DNA of 22,519 nucleotides. Origin: Promethearchaeota archaeon. Lineage in GTDB: Archaea > Asgardarchaeota > Hermodarchaeia > Hermodarchaeales > Hermodarchaeaceae. Position numbers and translations under genes: made by a program. This document shows positions 1 to 6,031 of the stretch, one piece after another (positions within the stretch are counted from its first letter, which is position 1; the number at the start of each line of letters is the position of its first letter). Location: NCBI GenBank assembly GCA_048938295.1, contig JBHLMI010000009.1:1-22519 (forward strand), read 5' to 3'. The notes under the pieces are model-generated. The model saw nothing but the letters and a program-made list of their open reading frames with translations. It did no database searches and had not been told where the DNA came from.

Positions 1-804
1 AACCTGGAGGAAGCAAAACAAGCGCTTCGTGAATCAGTCATTCTACCTTTGCTGCGGCCCGACCTGTTTACCGGAGCAAGGCGTCCGTGGAAAGGCGTAT
101 TAATCTTCGGCCCACCGGGCTGTGGCAAGACCCTGATCGCCAAAGCGGTGGCAAATGAAGCGGGTTGTACCTTCTTTAACGCGGATGCGGCGTCACTCGT
201 TTCGAAGTGGCTGGGTGAATCTGAACGGTTGGTAAAGAATCTCTTTGCATCAGCCCGAAAAGAGCAGCCAGCGATTGTGTTTATGGATGAAGTCGATGCG
301 TTAACCGCTGAACGTGGCGCAGATCAGGTTGGTGGTGAGCGGCGGCTGAAAACTCAGTTCTTGATTGAGATGGATGGGATGAAGAGCAAGAAAGATGATC
401 ATATCGTCGTCTTGGGTGCTACAAACCGTCCGTGGGATCTGGATGCGGCGTTTCGTCGACGCTTTGAGCGACGAATTTTGGTGCCGATTCCTGAATTTGA
501 GGCCAGGGTGCGGATTTTTGAGATTCATACCAAGGGTATTGATTTAGCGCCGGATGTGGACTTTAACTTCCTCGGTGAGAAGACCGATGGATACGCGGGA
601 TCGGATATTGCGCTCATTTGCCGGGAGGCGTCTCTGCAACCCGTTCGTGAATTGGACGCATCGGGTGCCATTCGTGATAAAGAAGTCATGGCGCGGGCGG
701 TGAATCTGCAAGATTTCCTTGAGGCTTTGCAGAATATTCGTTCGGTCGTGTCGCCGGAAGAGCAAGCCCGGTATATTGAATGGGATAACACGCATGGTTC
801 ATAG
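1..804 (+). CDS. vps4: Vps4-family AAA+ ATPase (ESCRT-III disassembly), 5'-truncated by the window edge
   Basis: Frame is open from base 1 (NLEEAKQALRESVILPL...). Walker A GPPGCGKT, Walker B IVFMDEVD, pore loop SKWLGESE, SRH GATNRPWDLDAAFRRRFERRI, Vps4-like C-terminal helix. Adjacent to ESCRT-II/I genes. Confidence 0.9.
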   Translation, partial: NLEEAKQALRESVILPLLRPDLFTGARRPWKGVLIFGPPGCGKTLIAKAVANEAGCTFFNADAASLVSKWLGESERLVKNLFASARKEQPAIVFMDEVDALTAERGADQVGGERRLKTQFLIEMDGMKSKKDDHIVVLGATNRPWDLDAAFRRRFERRILVPIPEFEARVRIFEIHTKGIDLAPDVDFNFLGEKTDGYAGSDIALICREASLQPVRELDASGAIRDKEVMARAVNLQDFLEALQNIRSVVSPEEQARYIEWDNTHGS

Positions 805-815
805 GGGAACAAAAC

Positions 816-1544
816 GTGTCGAAGGAAAAGCCCCGGGAACGGGTGAAAGAGAAGGAGAAAGATGAGCTTCGTGCAGATGTAGAGCTCACGGAAGAAGACT
901 GGTTAGACCTTCTCAAGAAGACCCGTGAACATATGAAAAGCGTGGAAGAAGAAGACGAAACGGCAGTCCTGGTCTTGCCGGTTACCGAAGAGGAAGAAAA
1001 ACAGCTTGAGGAATTGGCCCATCAAGTGGTGGAAAAACTCGGTCGCCGGTTTGTATGGATTGCGAAACGTGGTCGGTACGGGTTCATGTTTGTTATTCCC
1101 ACCTCCGAATCTGATATCGTTCAATGGGGTGCAGAATGGGCGGGGTTTACCGTTGATTATTGCCGTGAAATGCTATTACACATCGTTTCGACGCGCACCC
1201 TAGTCATGTTGGATCCCTTCAATGACATCCGCCCAGATCGGGTAAAGGCCGTGAAGATTATCCTCGACGTACTTGTAAAAGAAGAACTTGGACGCTGGAT
1301 TGATGAAGCGGAAGGGATTGTCCGAATCACCTGGAAAACGGATGATGAATGGGCAAACGAGATTAGACAGTGGGCTTTGAAAACAGGAAGAACTACCTTT
1401 ACACTCTTTAAACTGAAAGAACACCGAAGAGATCTTGCCAGCTTGCCTAAATCCGAGCTACGGATTATTCTTGAGCGCCTTGTTGAGAGGAAACAGGCAA
1501 AATGGTTAGACCGGGAACGCGAAGTAGTCGAAGTCCTCGTCTAA
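816..1544 (+). CDS. vps25: ESCRT-II subunit Vps25 (EAP20) homologue with N-terminal charged extension
   Basis: QWGAEWAGFTVDYCRE resembles Vps25 QLAAWCSLVLSFCR; ITWKTDDEWANEIRQWA resembles IMWRRPEEWGKLIYQWV; TFTLFKL resembles VFTLYEL. Tandem winged-helix layout. GTG start with AGGGG RBS, 11 bp after vps4. Confidence 0.88.
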   Translation: MSKEKPRERVKEKEKDELRADVELTEEDWLDLLKKTREHMKSVEEEDETAVLVLPVTEEEEKQLEELAHQVVEKLGRRFVWIAKRGRYGFMFVIPTSESDIVQWGAEWAGFTVDYCREMLLHIVSTRTLVMLDPFNDIRPDRVKAVKIILDVLVKEELGRWIDEAEGIVRITWKTDDEWANEIRQWALKTGRTTFTLFKLKEHRRDLASLPKSELRIILERLVERKQAKWLDREREVVEVLV

Positions 1545-1562
1545 TAATTTAGTAGAAGCGAA

Positions 1563-2297
1563 TTATTCTGCGGGATTGAGTCCTGGGAAGAAGTACCGTT
1601 TTCCGTGTACGAAGGACTCGTCGATTTTAGCAGCTCCGACTGATTCGAAGCTTTTCAGGGCAGCGTCGGCTCGTTCTTGCGACCAATTAGTTTGGGTCAT
1701 CACTTCTTCCAGGGTGGTGTAGCCTGACCGACTAGCGATGGAGAGGACTGCAACTTGGTCGTTAGTGAGTTCTCGTGGGACTAGTTCGGCAATCCGGATT
1801 CCTGATGGGAGTTTTCGAATGCCTGGAATGAGTTTTGCACTCGCAAGGTTCTGGATGGCTTTCGCGATATCGACTTGAGAAACACTCGCCCTTCGTTGTT
1901 TATTAACAATTAGAACAATTTCCGCTAGCGTCATGATTCCCCCTGTTGCGTCACGTCGCCGCTTGGCTATGTCAAGAATCTGGAGACCGAGTTCGTCATA
2001 GAAGCGTCCGCGACCGGTTAGGCGTTCCATTAACCCGGGCTTTTCTTTCATGTCTTCGGAGAAGGGAATGCCAGGCATGGTAATACCGAGTTCGTGTGCA
2101 ATAGCGGCAGCCTTCTCACTATATTCGGGTGACACTTCGATAAATTCCCCATAGGTTTGCTCAAAGGCGTCAGCTTTATCGCGAAGTTCTGAAATAGTTT
2201 GGAGCATATGCTCGAGTTCTTTGAGCATGAGCTCGACACGTTTCTTCTTGTAGGCAGCATCCATTTCCATTTGTTTTTCGATTTCCCAAAGTCCCAT
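1563..2297 (-). CDS. vps22: ESCRT-II subunit Vps22/Vps36 (EAP30/SNF8-like)
   Basis: Aligns along its length to SNF8: FYDELGLQILDI vs FYYELGVQIIEV; GGIMTLAEI vs GGLITLEEL; VSQVDIAKAIQNL vs VSQDDLIRAIKKL; VPRELTNDQVAVL vs VPAELNMDHTVVL; C-terminal YFFPGL. GGAGG RBS. Confidence 0.92.
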   Translation of the reverse strand: MGLWEIEKQMEMDAAYKKKRVELMLKELEHMLQTISELRDKADAFEQTYGEFIEVSPEYSEKAAAIAHELGITMPGIPFSEDMKEKPGLMERLTGRGRFYDELGLQILDIAKRRRDATGGIMTLAEIVLIVNKQRRASVSQVDIAKAIQNLASAKLIPGIRKLPSGIRIAELVPRELTNDQVAVLSIASRSGYTTLEEVMTQTNWSQERADAALKSFESVGAAKIDESFVHGKRYFFPGLNPAE

Positions 2298-2310
2298 CTA
2301 ATGTTCCTCC

Positions 2311-2604
2311 TCATATTTGTCGGATGTAGTTGAGCCAGGTTTCAGCTCGCATCGCGAATCGTCGCGCTTCTAATTCCTCCACATGTTGGGTGAGATTGGC
2401 ACCATATTTTGACAAGAAGTATTCATACCATTCCTGGGCTTCTTGGGTTACCGGGTGATTGGGACCGAGCATTGCTTCCGCAAAGGCAGCGACCACATCT
2501 AAATCTTCAAGAATATATTCAGCATTGATGCGCAGATTCGCTTTATTGATAGCGTTCACCAACCGTTCGCGCATTTCTGCAAAGGAACGCATTGGGTGTA
2601 CCAT
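2311..2604 (-). CDS. Small helical protein; putative stand-alone Vps28 C-terminal-domain paralogue
   Basis: In the operon between vps28 and vps22 (19 and 13 bp gaps). Manual alignment to the C-terminal domain of the adjacent Vps28: [16 protein letters not shown] vs [30 protein letters not shown] vs [14 protein letters not shown]. Confidence 0.65.
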   Translation of the reverse strand: [97 protein letters not shown]

Positions 2605-2623
2605 CAGCTTTCTGCCTCAACAT

Positions 2624-3271
2624 TTATTCATCAGCCGCCATCTCTCGGAGTCGTCGCTTGAAATCATTCAGCCATCGGACCGCTTGAAATTCCAGCTGTT
2701 TGGCTTCTTCTGGTGAAAGGGGTTCCTGAGGGTCGCGGTCTTGCAGCTGGTTCCGCCAATCTTTGAGGGCTATCAATATCCAATATTGTGGTGGAAAGTT
2801 TGGATACTTTGTCAAGAGGATGATGGCATCATCCAGGAGAGGTACAATAAGGCTCATTTTTGCAACGTCGCCGAGTTTGGCGATATCAATGAGTGTGATA
2901 AGATCCGAGACAATATCGGCGGTTTTCGCAGCCATTCGGGCAGAAGTTTGGGGGGCTAGTTTTATAGTTTCTTCTCCTTCAGGAGCCCGTTGTTCAAGTT
3001 GGAGTTTCTCGACCGCGGTGGGAAACCGTTCGACAATCTTTTCATCCTCGACGAACTCGTCCCAACTTTCGCCCTCAGCCTCAAGCATTTGACGTGTCTT
3101 AATGGTATCTCGAACAAGTGATTTGAATTGACGTTTGTATAGTGCGGGTTGAAGATCGCCCTCATCGAACTTCTCAGAGATGCTGTCAAGGGTTGCTATC
3201 GTGCCATAGAGTTCTGCTTCTAATTCAACAACCTTAACCGGTTTGGGTCGTTTTTTTTCACGCACTGCCAT
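2624..3271 (-). CDS. vps28: ESCRT-I subunit Vps28, full length (N-terminal core plus C-terminal four-helix bundle)
   Basis: [27 protein letters not shown] resembles [43 protein letters not shown] resembles ADVVSLFITVMDKLRL; FPPQY..W resembles LPPDF..W. ATG at 3271 follows a GTGAT RBS-like motif (the ORF track extends to GTG 3280). Confidence 0.9.
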   Translation of the reverse strand: [215 protein letters not shown]

Positions 3272-3295
3272 AGCAATCACTTCTGAATGACTGGC

Positions 3296-4114
3296 TTATT
3301 GGTATTTTTCAAGCGCTTTGTCGATTTGGTAGAGCCGTTTCTTGTATCGCTTGTACAACTTGGTGTATTCGGTAGAGGTAATTTCTGCCGCATCAAACTT
3401 CTGTTCAAGATTCTGCAAAAGGTCAGAGATGGCTAGCTTCTCACTCTCAAGCTCAAGCTTCTCTCTTTCTTTTGCATCAGCTGGAAGAATCAGATTATCT
3501 AGTTCTTCTTCGTCTGTTACTTCTCCAGTAGTTAAGGAGCCAGTGTCGATTTGAGCAGACATTCGGGCGAGTTGTTCATCACGGTCCTGTACTTTCTTAG
3601 TAAGGCGTGAGACTTCGCGTTCAAGTTGCTGATAGCGTTGTTGGAGGACTTCCTCTTCTGGAGGCATTGTAACCTTGGGGGCTTCTCGGGTTGCATCTGG
3701 CACAGGAGGTTCGCGGGCGAAAAGGCCCTTAATACTATTGACCACCTGGTAGACGTGATAATGAGGTTGCCATTGAGTGACTATTCGAAGATGAATAGCT
3801 CCAGACTCAGAGTCGACCCGAGGATGCTTGGTTGGAGCAAGCATTCGAGCAACTGGTGGTTGAGCTGGAAAGTTTGCAGGGACAATAATCTCGACGAGAA
3901 ACTCGTCTTTACCCCGTGGTCCACCCTTAATCTTCCCACGCCAACGACGGAGATTGGACTCAACAGGTGCAAAGGTGGGTGCACGACGATACATTAGCTG
4001 GGCTTCGCGTGCAATCGCCAATTCTGTTTGACTTCTCATAGCCTGTGCCATTGAAACACACCATGATATCTGTTTGAATTCTTCCTGTGAGAGCGGGCAT
4101 TTAATCTTTGGCAC
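3296..4114 (-). CDS. vps23: ESCRT-I subunit UEV-Vps23 (TSG101-like): inactive E2 fold, coiled coil, steadiness box
   Basis: E2 fold (FPAQPP, HPRV) with the catalytic Cys replaced by His (GAIHL). Central coiled coil. C-terminal LAISDLLQNLEQKFDAAEITSTEYTKLYKRYKKRLYQI resembles the TSG101 steadiness box. The true start may be ATG 4051. Confidence 0.88.
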   Translation of the reverse strand: MPKIKCPLSQEEFKQISWCVSMAQAMRSQTELAIAREAQLMYRRAPTFAPVESNLRRWRGKIKGGPRGKDEFLVEIIVPANFPAQPPVARMLAPTKHPRVDSESGAIHLRIVTQWQPHYHVYQVVNSIKGLFAREPPVPDATREAPKVTMPPEEEVLQQRYQQLEREVSRLTKKVQDRDEQLARMSAQIDTGSLTTGEVTDEEELDNLILPADAKEREKLELESEKLAISDLLQNLEQKFDAAEITSTEYTKLYKRYKKRLYQIDKALEKYQ

Positions 4115-4134
4115 CTTGAACCTGTCAAAGTAAG

Positions 4135-4671
4135 TTATGTTGAACTACTCTTAGTCTTCTTCTTGGACAGCACATTCTTTTTAGGCGTTTCCGCTTTAAC
4201 GGCTTGTCGGACGGTAATCAAGATATTTCCTTGAAGTTCGCGGAGAAATTCTTCAAACCGCGTTTCAAAGAGCGTGACCATTTCCTCAAGTCGCTGCACG
4301 GCCTGGGTCAAGGTGGGAACAAGTTCCTTCTGCAGTTCCCGTAATTCCTTGGAACCTGATTCGGGTTTGCTTTTCGCAACTTTATCCATAGTCTTCTCAA
4401 AGTCCTCAAAACGGTCGACTAACACGCCCAACCGTTCAACTGAAGACTCCGACGCAATGGTATCATCAGCTACCAACTTCTGTAGTGTTTTGACCTCCCG
4501 CAGGAGGGCCCGAATATTCGCCTCCATCTTTAGATTCATCCGTCCAAGGTCAGAATCGAGTAAGTTCAAACCTTTCACTATACGCTTCAGAGACTCAACA
4601 GTAGGGACTAACCCCTTAGGCGTTTTGATGGCTTCAATTTCTATCGCATACTTTGGTGGATCAGCGGACAC
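4135..4671 (-). CDS. Uncharacterised coiled-coil protein, first gene of the ESCRT-I/II operon
   Basis: 178 aa, GTG start, heptad-like helical stretches, Lys-rich C-terminal tail, 20 bp upstream of the UEV-Vps23 ORF. No family recognised. Confidence 0.7.
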   Translation of the reverse strand: MSADPPKYAIEIEAIKTPKGLVPTVESLKRIVKGLNLLDSDLGRMNLKMEANIRALLREVKTLQKLVADDTIASESSVERLGVLVDRFEDFEKTMDKVAKSKPESGSKELRELQKELVPTLTQAVQRLEEMVTLFETRFEEFLRELQGNILITVRQAVKAETPKKNVLSKKKTKSSST

Positions 4672-4871
4672 GGTTCAAGTAACCCCCGAAGCTCTCGTTC
4701 AAGTTTACTCACCTCAGACTTTTAAGCTTTAATTTGGATGGTGAAAAAATTCGAAAAGACTAGGCTTTTACGAAAAATCCAGAATCACACTCAGGGTTGC
4801 CGCATTTCCATAGTTTTTTAAGAACGCATCTAGAAGAAAAGCCCAAGCGGAACCGAATAAGGGGCCTTGCC

Positions 4872-5123
4872 ATGGCACAAGCAGCTGGACGGTTTGTCAT
4901 TTCATCGGTGAAAGAAATTGGCCGATGGGATTGGACCCAATCCACTGACATGTGTTGTGTCTGTCGGCTCCAAATCCGTGATGGTGAACAAATGGTCCAT
5001 TGCCCGCATTGCGGGAATCCTGCCCATTATCGGCATCTAGCAGAATGGGTAAAGATGAAAGGCTCTTGTCCCATCTGTCGGAACCGCATCAACATACGAA
5101 GGTTGAAACCGGTTAGAAAATAG
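4872..5123 (+). CDS. Small RING-finger E3 ligase, Rbx1/Apc11-like N-terminus
   Basis: C-x2-C-x12-C-x2-C-x4-H-x2-H-x3-W-x6-CPxC. First gene of a RING-Ub-E2-E1 cluster. ATG at 4872 preferred over the ORF-track start at 4797. Confidence 0.85.
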   Translation: MAQAAGRFVISSVKEIGRWDWTQSTDMCCVCRLQIRDGEQMVHCPHCGNPAHYRHLAEWVKMKGSCPICRNRINIRRLKPVRK

Positions 5124-5135
5124 TCGGTGGTTAAA

Positions 5136-5372
5136 ATGCGAATAGAAGTTGTACCAGCGATTGGTGGCAGTGACCCCATTGCTCTTGAAGTTGAACCAAA
5201 CACAACGGTTGGAGAGATTCGGAACCGTGTGGCTCAAATGCGCCGGATACCGCCTAACATCGTTATCCTTGCATATCGTGGAGCCCAACTGACCGATGAA
5301 CAGACAATCAAGAGTGTTGGCATCACGCCCCACGATAAACTGTACCTCATTACGAGGACAGAGGGCGGCTAG
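5136..5372 (+). CDS. Eukaryote-type ubiquitin-like modifier ending in Gly-Gly
   Basis: Aligns without gaps to ubiquitin L15-G76 (LEVEP, IPP, L.Y.G.QL.D, L.L..R..GG). About 30% identity by hand. The stop codon follows GG directly. An alternative GTG start lies at 5127. Confidence 0.93.
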   Translation: MRIEVVPAIGGSDPIALEVEPNTTVGEIRNRVAQMRRIPPNIVILAYRGAQLTDEQTIKSVGITPHDKLYLITRTEGG

Positions 5373-5569
5373 GACAAGCAAAACCTAACGGTTTCGATCT
5401 CAGTCGCCCCCCTCTTTTCTCTTCATTACGTAGAATTGGTACCTGATTCATTCTGCGTTTGCCTTGAGCAAATGAAATTTCTACTACTACCAACCGAAAA
5501 GGTATTTACGACAAACGCAATTGGTAAGTGTAATGGGGACCGGCTTATCTAGGCAGAGGCGCTGTCCAC

Positions 5570-6031
5570 ATGTTATCAGAAGACGATTATTGGGCAAGAT
5601 TAGCCCTTGAAGCAAAGAACATGGAAACCGAGGAACCATCGTTCCAGCCAATCCAAGGTGATCTCCGGCGATGGCGCGGATTTATACTGGGCACTGGCAT
5701 CTACGATAATGGCGTCTTTGTTGTACAAATCAATGTTCCCCGATCATTCCCCTATGAACCTCCACAGGTACAATTTATCACTCAGATATGGCATCCCAAT
5801 ATCTACAGGAGCCGAGTCTGTGTAGGGATTTTGGGAAAAGATTGGCTCCCCAGCATGTCACTTACAGGTGTAGTAGAAACGCTTCGAAATCTGTTAAATT
5901 TCCCCAATCCTGACGATCCTTTGAATCAACGGGCATCACGGGAAGCAAAGCAGAACCCAGTGGCCTTTGAACGTACGGCTAGAGATTGGGTTAAACGCTT
6001 TGCTGGTTGGGATCAAATACAACGAGGATGA
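5570..6031 (+). CDS. Ubiquitin-conjugating enzyme E2
   Basis: FPYEPPQVQF, HPNI followed by the active-site Cys (RVCVGIL), W.P..S, LLNFPNPDDPLN: the canonical UBC signature. Confidence 0.95.
   Translation: MLSEDDYWARLALEAKNMETEEPSFQPIQGDLRRWRGFILGTGIYDNGVFVVQINVPRSFPYEPPQVQFITQIWHPNIYRSRVCVGILGKDWLPSMSLTGVVETLRNLLNFPNPDDPLNQRASREAKQNPVAFERTARDWVKRFAGWDQIQRG

Noticed and set aside
2430-2475. LGPNHPVT in the 97-aa ORF resembles the LGxxHPxT motif of TPR_10/kinesin-light-chain repeats
   Set aside because: It is a single occurrence with no 34-42-aa periodicity; the full-length match to the Vps28-CTD explains the segment better.
3251-3258. T8 homopolymer near the vps28 start as a slippage or phase-variation site
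   Set aside because: It simply encodes Glu-Lys-Lys in an intact frame.
4135-4671. Coiled-coil ORF as CdvA, Vps37 or ESCRT-III
   Set aside because: No PRC-barrel, Mod(r) helical-hairpin or Snf7 basic-N/acidic-C pattern was recognisable, so it is left unnamed.
4760-4951. Minus-strand 63-aa ORF and the 25-codon upstream extension of the RING ORF
   Set aside because: The minus ORF is antisense to the RING gene with no motif; the extension lacks protein-like features and falls in the probable promoter region.
5373-5569. Pyrimidine tract (about 5408-5425) and BRE/TATA-like CCGAAAAGGTATTTA (5494-5508) between Ub and E2
   Set aside because: Compatible with a terminator plus an internal promoter, but the motifs are too degenerate to call without transcript data.
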